Assembly (NCBI GenBank): GCA_012295275.1
Contig: CM022673.1
Location: 4,278,001 to 4,342,000 of the forward strand
DNA: 64,000 bases
Source of the DNA: Chrysomallon squamiferum
Taxonomy: Eukaryota; Animalia; Mollusca
Direction of reading: 5' to 3'
Shown here: positions 49,906-63,483 of the stretch, piece by piece
Position numbering within the stretch: the stretch's first letter is position 1
Layout: each line of letters opens with the position of its first letter
The notes under the pieces: model-generated
Told to the model about the DNA's origin: nothing
What the model saw: the letters and a program-made list of their open reading frames with translations, nothing else
Database searches by the model: none
Position numbers and translations under genes: made by a program

Positions 49906-52575
49906 AATAATAAAAAAAAATACCATCTCATCATCGAGTTATCTGTCCATAAAGAGGGCACAAACAGACATTTATATTTATTATCTGAGCAGCTTTTAAA
50001 CAGATACTTTTACCAGTGAAGAACATTTCATTACAAAATGTTTTCTTCATCTAAAGATGTAGCTTTTCCTATTTTTTTACATAGTACATGTGTATAGTAA
50101 TTTATTGTTTGACATACTTTTTATATATTCTCAGCTTATTATGGGTTTATCACCTATTTTAGAAGTTTTAGTCTGCAGCATCTGCTAGAAATAAATGTTA
50201 TTTTAATAATTAACTGGCTACTCTCATAAAAGTTATGTTTTTCATATGGAAAATATTGTCTATGGGCATTGTCACTTTTAATAGGGCATGTATCCTTTGG
50301 AAAATGGACATTTTTATTTCTTTTTTCAGCCAGTATATTTTTAAATTCTTCACAGCAGAAACATTAAAATATTACTAGTTGTTGAAAATTTGAAAAACAG
50401 TTTTCCATATGTTATCTAAATGTACCAGTTGCTGACTTTTAGAACAGCCAGGAGAGGGGGAAAATGCCCTTAGTAAAAAAGACAAGTACGGTGCACTGTT
50501 CTGTCTTAAAATTCATTGGTAAATATGCATTGTACTGTACAAGAAGTCACTGGTACAATTATGCACTTTAAAAGATGATTAACTTGTACACTGTAACATA
50601 ATTAATCTCATTTAATTTAGTTCTTATGTAAATTCACAATCTGCATTATTATTATTATTCATTTATTTATTTTTATATTTGTCCTTTTTTAAAATAAACG
50701 TATATTTTAATATCGATCAAGTCCTTGCATATTGTTTTTCTTAACAAGCAGATTATAAAAAAATACTTTAAGGCAGAAAAGATATTTTTAAAAAATACAT
50801 GTTATTTTGTACTAATAAATCCAATTTTAAATGTTAATGTTAAAAAAAAAAGAAGAAATTTTAAGTTTTAAAAATGGAAACAAAGAAGTTATATTTTTTT
50901 GTTGAAAATTAATATCCATCCACTGTTTAACAAACATTTAATTATCATTAAAGATAATATACTACTATTAAATTGGAATTTTTGTTTTATACAATTTAAT
51001 ATTTGAATTTCCATCCATGAAATCACGATATTTTTACAGAAATTAATTCTTAATGTTTTTTGTTTTTTTTAATGTAGATGTATTAATCTAGTTTTATTAA
51101 ACAGAAGCCATTATCTTCAGTCAACTTGAAATAATTGTCACAAATATCAAAATATTAAATACTGATCCTCACTTTTGTAGTCCTCATTATTTTAAGCTGT
51201 GAACTGTGATACACAAACTTTAATTTTATTTATTGTTTATTGTTTATTTTGTGATATATTGTAAATAAATGCATTACAAATATGAAATTTGAAGTTCATT
51301 CTCATACAATCTGTTTTTGATAAAAAAAAACCTAAAAGGTGATGTGTTCATTCTCCTAGTTGGAACGTTAAGTGTGTTTAACATCACCAAATGTCATGTA
51401 AAACCGAACACCTTAACTCAGTACTGAACTTTAATATTTAAACACAATGCATTACGTGGAATCACAACATTAATGAAAACGTCAAACACAAGCTAAGTTC
51501 ACAGACGTCTATTGTCGTCTCCCATCATTTTACAACGAATGAATGAATTGGTATTCCTACACAGATTCACCTTGCTTGTGAAATCACATATAGTAAATAT
51601 AAAGTGCACCTACCTGTGAGTGGGAATTTTTTTTAAAAAGTGGCCTAAATATAGTGTCCATACTTCCATTTTATAACTATTCTTATCTGTCGGCCAATCT
51701 TTGATGTAAAAAAAACAAAAAACACAATAAAATATTTTTATTAAAGACCACTTTTCCCTTATGTAAAATGATGTCAGAACGTCGACTGCAGGTCGTTCTC
51801 TAGTATATATGTTTCTTCTCAGAAATAATTTTTGAATATTTCTGCATTTTTATTAATTCATTAATTTATTAATTAATTTAATTCAGGATCTTTTAAACAG
51901 AAACTACTAAAAATGGACACTTATTTATGCAAACTTCATGGTATATGAAAGGTTTCATAAATAAAGACCGGAACACTAGCTTTTAAAATGTGTACGTTCG
52001 TTCGTTTATAATTACAAAATCATTAATAGAATATTTCAAACTAAGAAGTAACTGAAGTTATTATCAATGGTATCGCTAACAGGTACAGTCTGTGAGCCAG
52101 TAATTTCAAAGTATTGGCAAGAAAATAATAATTCGAAAACCATTTCTCTGTAAAAATAATTAAATAAAATAAACCATTTGATTTCAAGAAATAACTTAAT
52201 TTGTTTTCAAAAAAAACAAAAAGTCTTCAATAAAATAAAACAACCTGTACCAGTATATTTTCTTATAATTATTGCTGCTGTTACTATTACTACTACTATA
52301 CTACTATACTACTGCCACTACTACTACTATTATTAACAATAATGATAATTAATTAATAAAAAAAAAATACGAGTTTAAACTCACCTTTATATTTATTGCC
52401 TGTAAATAGAAACGTATATTACGTGATTAAAGTAACGAAGTTAAAGACTGTTATCTGGCATTATTAACCTACATTTATAAACAGTGACGGAAGATATATC
52501 TATTTATACAAAGGGAACAATACACAGGGTATTCCCTATACCCGAGATAAATTTAGTGCTTATGTTATGTCAAAA

Positions 52576-52776
52576 ATGGCGGCTTCCAAAGGTACGTTTT
52601 TTTTCTTTCAACAGTTTTTAACTTTTATTTCTGTTAAATAATTTTCAGACACTAAAGAAGTTAAGAATTCATTTTTCTTTTAACCCGCTCTTACGTGCTA
52701 TGGTATAATGGAATTGAAGTGAGATTCATGATATGGTATTGTTACATTTACAAATCATTATCATCATCATCATCAG

Positions 52777-52808
<32 letters not shown>

Positions 52809-53854
52809 TGAATTCATCTAAAGAAACATTCTGAAAAGATTGTTTCAGTATTACATCCTTTTTATTTTAAAGAAAAGATTTTTTAAAAATAGAAAAATAA
52901 TTCAGTAGCATATCGTGTTTGTTTTTGTTTGGTTTATTTATTTATTTATTTATTTATTTATTATTTTCTTTTGAGGTTGGGGTGGGTTTTATTTGTTCGT
53001 TTTTTCACATTTTATCGAACGCATACAATGATTTAGTGAAGAATATATATTAAGACAACTAATAATTATTGTTCTTCTTTTCCTTCTCTTCCTTCGACCT
53101 TCTTCCTCCTCCTCCTCCTCCTCTTCTTCTTCTTCTTCTTCTTCTTCTTATTATTATTATTATTATTTGTAATTGCAGGAGGAAAGCCTATTGGCGCCAC
53201 TGGTATTATTTTTTACAGCGTCGTTTGTTTCGCAGCAGCTTCTGTCATGACTAACGTAAATGATTTTTGTTTGTTTTTATCGAACAGTAAACCCTCGATT
53301 TAATGGACTTACGATTTACTTGGACAGAAATATGTCCGTCTAATTCGCCAGCGTCATATTTACATACACACACATTTTATAAAAAATAAAGATTATATGA
53401 TTCTAGCTACATATGGTCAAGAATTATAGACATTTTACCTAAATCTACTATTTTGGAGTGAAAATATAATGTACAGCAGCACAAAGGCTGACAGTCTGAA
53501 ATGTCCTTCAAACACTTCAAATATCATATGAACTGACAACTCTGAATGTATTTGTTAACAAATCTGGTACCCAAAATAGGCCTATCTTATAACCGCATGT
53601 GTTCATACTTATCAACAGTAGTTAGAACATGTTTATGCCTGTCTAGATGTTTGTAATTGTTAATTTTTAAAATTAATTATTATATATATATTAAGTATTG
53701 CTTGAATATTGATTCCTTGACTGAGTGCTCGTTTCGACTGATTAAAAATGGTTCGTTGTTGATCGACGATTGGTCGGTTGATTCATTGAATGATTATAGT
53801 TCTTCAGTTGTATCCACTGAGACTTTGAGGATAATGATTTATTTTTTTTTTTTT

Positions 53855-53887
<33 letters not shown>

Positions 53888-54398
53888 TTTTTTTTTTTTT
53901 TTAGAATGTTGATAATATAAGAACTTTACCGGTTAAACGAATGTGTTCCAAAAAAAATATTCACAGTCTTGACAGAGACATTAGACTATTACTTTGTGGA
54001 GTTTGTCCAAAAGGCAAATATTCTTATGTAGCCTCAGCATCTAACAAATTCCACTGCAAAGCTTGTCCTGATGGCCACTACAACGACGGGACGATGGTAA
54101 AGTGCAAAAGATGTCGAAATTGTACGAACGTCGTAGCAAATTGCACTGCAGTTCAAGACACAGTGTGCCAACGTCACTACAAAAGACTTAAAAAAATGAT
54201 AGGTAAAGGATATTACAGTATTTCAGAAAATGAATGACATCAACTGAATTAACCTGAATTTCCCTCATATAATAATATACTACAACATTTTCCAAATATA
54301 ACCAACAACCCTTATCTACTGTTGGCATTTAATGTATCTTTATTCTGATTTCAGAAGACCCGTTTTTACAGGTTAATTTGTTCGGAATAGAAACTATT

Positions 54399-54484
<86 letters not shown>

Positions 54485-57400
54485 AAACAATATTTCACTA
54501 ATCAGTCCAAAATATAGTTCTTTACATGTATATTTCAGAAAAAAATATCTCCTATTTTCGAATTCGACACGAAAAGACCAAGAGTCGGAGATTACTCAGA
54601 GAATTTCATAGCAAAGCATGTAAGCCAGACGTAAATCATAAGGTATGTTGACAATTTCAACATGCTATATGCACAGTTATCATTATTTATAATATAAAGT
54701 TATCCGAGAACGCTATTTTCAGTAAATAACAGAAACATTTTAATATATTTCTTATAGAATTGCTTTGATCATACAACATCAGCTCCAGAGGATCCTGGAA
54801 GAAAACAACCCATTAATCAGACAACAGAATATAATGAAACAGAATCAAAGAAAACCACGGAACTGGAAGAAGAAGAACCACAATCTTTTTACAATGATAA
54901 AGGAAACGTTGTACTAATTATAGCAATAGCTACTGGTAAGTATGGAGTCAAAGATTAGCAAACGAGAACAATAGATTTACATCTCATCGCAATTGTTAAT
55001 AAAACTTAGCTGGTCCGATATAACCAACTGAAGATTTACAGCACGATATTTGCAGTTAACTGTCTTAGTACTCTGATACAAGTTAAAAAAAATAACAGTT
55101 GCAAAAGAATCAGATAATTAATAATAACAACAATAACATTATCTACAACAACAATGAAAATATCATCAATAACTACAATAATAACAATAATAATATAGTA
55201 AACAGTCAGAGGTAATGGGCAAAATGTAGGTTGATTAATTACTTTATGAAGCAGTGTATTACCCCAAGAACAGTATATGCCATCAATAACTGACGCTACG
55301 AACGATACATCACATTAACTGTGGGTTGATTGGTCACCATTAGCACACATAATCTGATGCATATTTTAGTCATAACATTTATTTACCTTCGCTGGTCGAG
55401 GTTGTCGAGAATAAATCGGTATCTCTCAAGTTGAGTTTTTTATAATGTATGTACGTATGTGTGTGTTTAAATATATATAAAACTTTTGATCTTGAGAGGT
55501 ACCGATTTATTCTCGACAACCACGCTCACGCCAAAACATGAACTGAAACTGTTTCTTTCTTTTCTTTAATATTTAATATTATAAACTGTGAGTACATTAG
55601 GTACTTCATACTACAGTATTAAAATTACACAATTATAATATTACAATACTGTCTTTTATAATATGGAGCATATATTCTAATTCACTAATTAAAAAAAGAA
55701 CTTGTAAAGACTGGATTTGATTTATTTGTCATTATTATAATGAAGTGTTTATTTCATTTCAGGTGTGTTTTTTGTTGTTTCTATGGTATCAACATTCACT
55801 ATAATACTGGCACGGAAAAGGATAAATAGAAAATTGCATGGTCGTGAAACTCAAATAGAAAGTGTCGAATATGGTGAAGCGTGTAATCTGTCAAAATTAA
55901 ATTTGAAGAGAGCTGATTTAGAAGAAATGATGTACAAGTCTAAATCTGAATCAGAAATATTATCTGTTTATCACTCTGAACGAAATTCAAAGTCATCGTT
56001 TCAAAGTTACAGAAGTATCATTTCGATTCCTGTAACTTTTCCAACTTCATCAAATGAAGAATCTATGAATACAGTGTTAAAAAAAGTTGAGAATGGTGAA
56101 AGATTTCATGAACTGATTGGAAAAAATGTACATTACGAAAATAAAAATGTACTTACTACGTACCAACAGGTAAGTTCTACTCAGACACCAGAACGCGATC
56201 TTCCCAGAAACATATTTAATGGTCTTTGGGATGCATTCGAAACATTCAATCAGGACGGGGGCCGCTTGTTTAAAGGAAAATCAAGTGCGGAGTTACTGAT
56301 TCCTGAAGGTGCTGTTGCGAAGGGAGACAACTTAGAGATACATGGAGCAGTATTCACTGATCTAACACAGATGAGAGAGGTATTTCGGCTCGATCCAGAT
56401 GAATGGATTACTTCGGTTGCTGTAGAGTTCTACAAACCAGATAAAAATCCATTTTTGACGGATGTTATCGTACGCCTTCAACATTGTCTATCACATGGTT
56501 ACAATCGGGCTATGTTCAAGGTATTCTGGTTTAGACAGGACGAGAAAGGTGATATCGTTAAAGAATTAGTCCTTGCAGAAAAATCCTCATTGCAGGATGA
56601 CTTGCCATGGTTTGAATTTGGATCTGAAAACACAATATTGATACATACACGCCATTTCAGTGGCTTTGTCTGCATCTACTGTGGGCATCAAGATATACCA
56701 ATATCATTAACAGCAATGGTTTTTGGAAAGCACCTTTTCAAAGACTCGGTTCACCACGAAGTCTGTGTGTCACTGTTCTTGTGGGATACTAAGTGCTTCA
56801 TAAAGGATTTTCATGTAAGAGTGTATGATTTTTGTTTATTATTTTTCTTTCTTTTTCATATTACAGGTACCGGACCAATTATCCGGAATCCTTGGGGTTC
56901 CCGTTTTCTGGTACAAAGGCATCTAAATACGTAACTAATTAGGCATAAACATTTTAAAATTAAAAACATAAAGAAAATTATCGATAGACAACTGTGACGA
57001 CTCGACACGTAAACAATGCGGCGAGTGAATGAACGCCACGCGACTTGAAAGAGTAGTTCCGGTCTGATGAGGACAACACCCGCGCGCGCGAACAATGAAA
57101 ATAGCGTCGGGAAAAAACTTCCGGTTTTCTGGTCTTTCCGGATTTCAAGGCGCCGAATAATTGGTCCGGTACCTGTATTATTATTATTATTATTATATTC
57201 ATGCATTCATTCATTCATATTAAAACTATTTTACTTAAAGAAATATTTCCACTTTTCAATACTATAATAGCGAAAAAGATTTGTAACTGTATTGTCAGTG
57301 TGTTTATATGTGGTGTAAACTGCAGGAGTATTATACACGCATGATGAGCAAAGGAATGGAAATGTTTTCGGAAAAAGAAATTGAACTGATGGATCAAACG

Positions 57401-58597
57401 CCCAGAGACAGTCTGCTGATCTGTACACTGCAACCATGTGGAGATGATGCCGACAAATGGCAACACACTCTAAGACCAGACAACCAAAACCCCATTTTTG
57501 AACAGAAACAGGTAAAACATTTAAGACTGGTGTCAGTATGATATAATAATAATAATAATAATAACTAATTTTGTTCATAATTTTTGTTACAGTTTTGTCG
57601 TTGTTATAATTGGTAATATTTCTTCAGTGTTTTACGTGGGTTTTTAAAGAAATAAAAAACAAAACAAAACAAACAACAGCAACAAAAACAATCAAGGAAT
57701 GTTTTTTGATTAAAACCGCAGAATGGTAACATTACCACGAGAAGTAAAAATTGGTTGATTTTGTAAATTGTAAACTTTTATATGACCAGTTTTATACCTG
57801 CACTAGAAAAACAAATTACAGCGAAATATTGAGTAAAATATATATTAACAAGCAGTAGATTTAAACTGTAATATTACTGAATATATTACTACACCTCTGT
57901 CAGATAATGATAATCGTTACCCAAGATAAATACCACTTCCTCTAGTCCAAAAATAGATGTAAAAAGAAGGGAGGTAACTCGAGATTATGTCAATAAATTA
58001 AACTTAATAATTACATCACTGAAATCTTGAAAAGTATAAAATTATTAGATGTTTCTTCTTCATTTTTTTTTTTAATGAAATTCATTCAACTTTCAATTTA
58101 AAAAATTTTCAAATATAAATAGATAATTTTAAATATTAAATAATATATATATATATAAATAATATTTATTATTATTTTAGAAAATTAAACTTCACAAAGT
58201 AGTGAAGTGCTGCCGAGAATCAGGTCCTTTTCTGGCTGAATGGGCTATGACTGGGAAGCAGACGAGGCACACCGAGTTTCAGTGCATTGTCGATATTGAG
58301 CACGTGCTCTGCGAAACAGAAGACGACGCTGACACTCGAACAACAATTTATATCTCCGATTTTCCCCCCAGTGTTGGAAATCAGTACGCTTCTGGCAGGA
58401 ATGACGAGCTTAAGCGTTTAGACGGCAGATACGAGGTACGATCAGTGCTGGACTGTAACTACGTAAATACGTGCTTAGGTCGTTTAGAAATAGGGACCCA
58501 CTGTGTACCGGTACTGACCGTTTTAGCGATCAAATTTAAAATAAATTGCAAATTCTCAAGTAAAGGTCTGGTGTGAAATAATTGCTATTAAGCGTTA

Positions 58598-58649
<52 letters not shown>

Positions 58650-58701
58650 TTTATATTTAATGTAGTTGCGTTTTCCGGTTAGTGAACAATTTGTTTTCTT
58701 A

Positions 58702-58737
<36 letters not shown>

Positions 58738-58975
58738 TAAACCAGAAACATTTCTTGTCCACTATTTTAAATATATATATATATTGATAGTCATTTACGA
58801 TTACGTTGAACATTAACATGATCTAGGTGCTCAGTAAATTAATCAAATGTAATTTTAAAAGTATATTTTTTATCTCTCCACTGATAAGATGCATCGAAAT
58901 TGATTTTATTTTTCATCAAATATGTATACAAAGTATGTAATAACGTCGCAACTACAAAGTTGATGCTAATTTTGA

Positions 58976-59020
<45 letters not shown>

Positions 59021-59838
59021 AATTATTTATTTACTTATTTATTTATGTATGTGTTGTTGTTTTTTTCTTGTACAATACCTTATTAGCAGCAAAGATTGTT
59101 AGCTTATAACAAATAATACAATACCTTTTGTCTTGATTTTATTAGAACTTTGAACACTTCGACCGAACCAGAAATATGCAAGAGAAAATAAAAGCTGTCG
59201 CCAAACAAATGACTGTTCAGCAAGCAGAAGATTTTGCAAACAAATATTTTGGAATCCAGCAGCTGTCATCCTGTCGCCCCGACCGGTGTGTTATGAAACT
59301 GAGTTTTAATAAAATAATAAAAGTAATATTAATAATAAATAATAATAAAAACGTTAAAAAAAAAAGTATGTGTTGTTTAAAATAAGAAATGCATAATGAT
59401 TGCGTAGCAGTTAACAATTTTATCGTACAACTCAGTTATTATCTAAATACTTTTTCTTAATTTCTTTTATTGGTGGTGATGGTACATAAAGAAAAAGAAG
59501 GGAAGAAGAACTAGAAAATGCAATAAACCAAAAGTAGCTTTGAAAATAATTGTGACTGCTGTTGTTGTTTCAGACATCTTCCTGATATTCTTTTAACGAA
59601 AATGAATGTTTTGAACGAATGCTTTCGTCGAAATCCTGAAGATTTTGAAAAGCTCCTGGCTGATCATTCTCCTGAACTACCTTGGAAGAAAATGGAATCA
59701 AACTCGTTCACAAAACCGATACAGGAAGTCGGTGAAGTGGACGAGACAAACCCGAAAGTTGTTAACAGCGACGACGAAATCAGTAGCCGGAAAGTGGCGG
59801 AAGATGACGAAGTACGTTTTTTAGAAAGCAAAGTGTAG
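52576..59838 (+). CDS. Type I membrane receptor: TNFR cysteine-rich ectodomain, stalk, TM, ZU5-UPA module, short helical C-terminal domain (10 exons)
   Basis: Phase-compatible exons 52576-52591, 53179-53255 (hydrophobic signal-like), 53905-54202 (CGVCPKGKY...CKACPDGHYND...CKRCRNC...NCTAVQDTVC), 54539-54642, 54758-54935, 55763-56814 (TM VVLIIAIAT|GVFFVVSMVSTFTIILARKR; ZU5 FNQDGGRL...LLIPEGAV...VIVRLQHC...HTRHFSGF), 57326-57511, 58181-58435, 59146-59285, 59574-59838. Confidence 0.82.
55400..55521. repeat. 31-bp near-perfect inverted repeat with 60-nt spacer (intronic hairpin)
   Basis: GGTTGTCGAGAATAAATCGGTATCTCTCAAG / CTTGAGAGGTACCGATTTATTCTCGACAACC, one mismatch. Confidence 0.9.
56864..57175. 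mobile_element. Intact MITE (Tc1/mariner-pogo type), 312 bp, TA target duplication
   Basis: TA|CAGGTACCGGACCAATTATCCGG ... CCGAATAATTGGTCCGGTACCTG|TA. Confidence 0.9.
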
Positions 59839-62086
59839 ACTGAATCATCATTCTTTCATGTATGGAATTATATTTATTCATTCACTGCGTGTTTCCTTCG
59901 TAATACGCCGACATCAAACCCAAGAAGCTTAAATGGGTGTAAGCACGTCTGACATGGCAAACTGGATTATAAATGATTAAACATGTTTGATCCTGTAACA
60001 ATAACGACGACGATGCCGACGGCGATGTTGATGATGATGATGATGATAAAACCAAACAAAACAAGAAATATTTGAATTAAATTACATAAATGATATTTAA
60101 ACTCAATTTTAATGTTAACGGTTATTCAGTCGTCTGTTAGTTCAGTGTTTGTTGAACATATTACAATAAGTTAATAAAACTGGACAATAAAAAGATGAAA
60201 TGTTAAAAAAGAAAGCAAAGCAAACTAACGACGCACCATGTTAAAATCATCTGTAGGTTAAAGACAAAAATCTGAATGGAAAGATTTTAAAATTTTGTTT
60301 AATCCATTTATTTATTTTATTTTAATTTATTTTTTTATTTATTTACCTTTTTTTTTTCTTTCTTTCTTTTTTCTTTCTTTTTCTTCTTCTTCTTATTATT
60401 TATTTATTTATTTATTTTATCTTATTTTTAAAATCATAATTTACACGTAAATACAGAGTAACGTTTGTTCTCAGGTAATTAATTAAATAAATAGACTAGT
60501 AAATGGTAACACGTAATGAAATTAATTAATTAATCCTAACTCAAAAAAACTTAATTTGATACACATTTGCAGCAGTAGTAGTAGTAGTAGAAGTACTAAA
60601 AGTCACAGTAAATAATTAGTATGATAGATATATTTTTTTATATTATTATTTTTGTACTTTTATATATTCTTAATTCTATTTTATATTAAAAATAAAATAA
60701 TAATAATAATAACAAACAATACAGTAATTCAAAAATAGCATCATTTGATATCTGTATTTTATTATTGTTATTAGTCGTAGTGGTTGTGATAGTAACAGCA
60801 GTAGTAGTAGTACATTAATACGACAAATAGTTTTAAAATTATTTATCTTTTTGTACTTTTATATATTTTTAAATCTTTTTCATTAAAAAAACAACAACAA
60901 AAGTATTGAAATTCAGAAGTATTGTAATTTGATTTTTGTGTGTTATTATTAATTGTACTAACAGTATTAGCACATTAATGTGAGTAATATATTTTTTATT
61001 ATTTTTCTCTCACTAATGTTTGTGTACTGTTCCTTAATTATTATTTTTAAAAATAATAAATAAATAAACTCATAAAACAAATAATAACTGTTGTTTTGCG
61101 TCTGTGCATGTCGGTATGTACGTTTGGGTGTATTGAGGTTGTGAAAATGTGTGTTTCATGAGGGTATAGTGTATATATATGCGCGGATGTATGTGTGTTT
61201 ATGTGGAGTTTTTAAGGGAGACTGAGATGGATAAGTGTGTGTCTGAATGTTTGTGTATTTGAATGTCCGTGTGTTTTTATGTTATCTATGTTTATGCTTG
61301 GTAAAATATGTGCACGTTTTCTCCGAGTGTGCCTGTGTCTATTTGTCTGTGTGTACGTTTGTGAACGCGTGTTTATGTTTCGGAAATGGTACACATATGT
61401 CCGTGTGAATAAAAACTTACATCTCGTACATTTGCATATGCGGTAAGATTCATGTGTTTCCGTACAATGACCGGACGTTTTATTCACGGGTTCTTTATAT
61501 TCAGAAACACCGTCGTAGAATGTCGAAATGCTGACAGCTGTTACAATGATATTCAAAGTTCATGATCCAGAATCGTTAATTCACGATAAAATTCACGAGT
61601 CATTTCTTATTTACAGAAAAGAGTTAACTACAGTTTTCTAATTAAAAATACACCTAAGTTTTACATATTCAATTACAGTTACAGAAGAAATTATGTTGTT
61701 GTTTTTGAGGTGTTTTTTTTTTGCCAATGTTGTTGGTTTTGTTTGTTGTCGTCTATTTTTGAACTGTTATTATTGTGTTGTTGTTGTTTTGTTGTTGGGT
61801 TTTTTGTACTCTTTTTGTTGTTGTTTTATTCTTACAAGTTAACTATAATTTGTTGTGAATGATAATAAAACATGCCGTCAGGTAATGTAGTCGTAAAATA
61901 ATAATTTGCATTATACTGTACAAAATAATCGTTACTTTATTGATCTTGGTGACAAATGTGCAGGACGAATTTGTTTAAGATATTTTCAGAACCATTTAGA
62001 ATACTATAGCTGGCTTTATTTTTGTCCTATTTAATTCTTTGTCATAAAATTTCGTATGTGATTCTTCTGTCTCCCGATATACTGCG

Positions 62087-62421
62087 ATGAAAAAGAAATC
62101 GAATGGTCTCTGTGCCATAGTTTTAAATTTCCTCGGTGGCATAGTGTTTGGAATTAGCATCGGTTTAGTGTATGTAGCTAACGAACCTCAAAGTATAAAT
62201 TCATTTCATGCTGTTGGATCTCCAAATTTTCTCAGAGACATCTTCCAGTTTTCGAAACCCAAACCTCGAACCTTTGAAACACACAAAGGTAATTACTAAT
62301 TCGTTAAGTTTTGTTTTTGTTATTTATTATATCGGTAGTCTTTTGCAATCATTTTGAACATTAATAATCTCACTGCTCGGTAAATCAATTAAATGTGTTT
62401 GTTTTTTTAATTTGTTTTAAC

Positions 62422-62459
<38 letters not shown>

Positions 62460-63483
62460 TTTTTTTTTTTTTTTTTTTTTTTTAATGTATTAATTCAGTT
62501 TGTATTGTATTATTTTATTTTATTCTATTTTCTTTTATTAATAGTACTATTATTAATGTTTATTTTTTATTAGTATTTTTTTTTTCTGTTATATGTACGT
62601 ATGTATGTGGGATTTAGATATGTGCGTAAGTGGGTGTGTTTGTATGCGGGCTTGCGCGTTTGTGTGTATAGGTAAGAAAGATAAAAATATTTCTCAGTTT
62701 TTACTGGAAGCAGGATAAATGGTTTGGCACCTGCACATTCAAAGCAAAAGGTAAAATGTTGATTTTGATAATACTGCTTTGTTCGTCACAGATGAAATGA
62801 AAAATCACCAAGCAGAGCATAAAAATGTCAGAATTGTGTGTTGGATTCTGATAAAAGACGCCAAAGTCTTCGCCATCAACTCTAAGTTCGTCAACAGTAC
62901 CTGGGGACGTAAGTGCAACAGAATGGTCTTCTTCGTTTCCGAATACAACTCCAGCCTTCCAGCAGTCGGTTTCGATAAAGAAATAAACGAAGGCCTCAAC
63001 AAGAGTTTTTCTATGACTGTTCTTGGGTTCCGATACGTTTTTAACAAGTATCTCAACGAAGCTGATTGGTTCCTTGGTGTGATTGGCAGCCAGTATTTCA
63101 TTATGGAAAATTTGCGTCATTTCCTTTCTCAGCTAGACTCCGCCCATCCGGGTTACTATGGGCATAAGCTGTGGTCATCGGCGAACGGCGGGATGGTCAT
63201 TGCTAGTCCGTATTCGGGAATAGTTTTGTCCAAAGCAGCTTTAAAAAGACTAGGCAATGAAGGATACAAAATAGAGGACTGCAATTACTACCCGTATGTC
63301 ACGGGTGAACTGTTTTCTAGATGTATGGAGCAGATCGGGGTGACTCTTATGGACACCGTCGACAACAAAGGAAAAAGTCGATTTCTAACGTCTTCATTGT
63401 CAAAACAGTTTGAACCTGATTATAAAATATATCTTTGCAACCATTCCTTTTGGAAAGATTTAGAGCCACTGAATTGCAAACAG
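62087..63483 (+). CDS. GT31 C1GALT1 (T-synthase)-like type II membrane protein lacking catalytic acidic motifs; 3' end unresolved
   Basis: Exons 62087-62288 (N-terminal TM) and 62792-63483 (VRIVCWIL, STWGRKCN, EADWF..., MENLRHFL, GIVLSKAALKRL, CMEQIGV...D..GKSRF); donor at 63484. Confidence 0.85.

Noticed and set aside
56815-57267. Extension of the 389-aa ORF and overlapping ORFs 56856-57206 and 57067-57267
   Set aside because: Read-through into an intron containing the MITE; the donor at 56815 joins in frame to 57326.
62698-62750. Possible small extra exon in the GT31 gene
   Set aside because: It would leave a 41-nt intron and break phase; 62288>62792 splices in frame directly.
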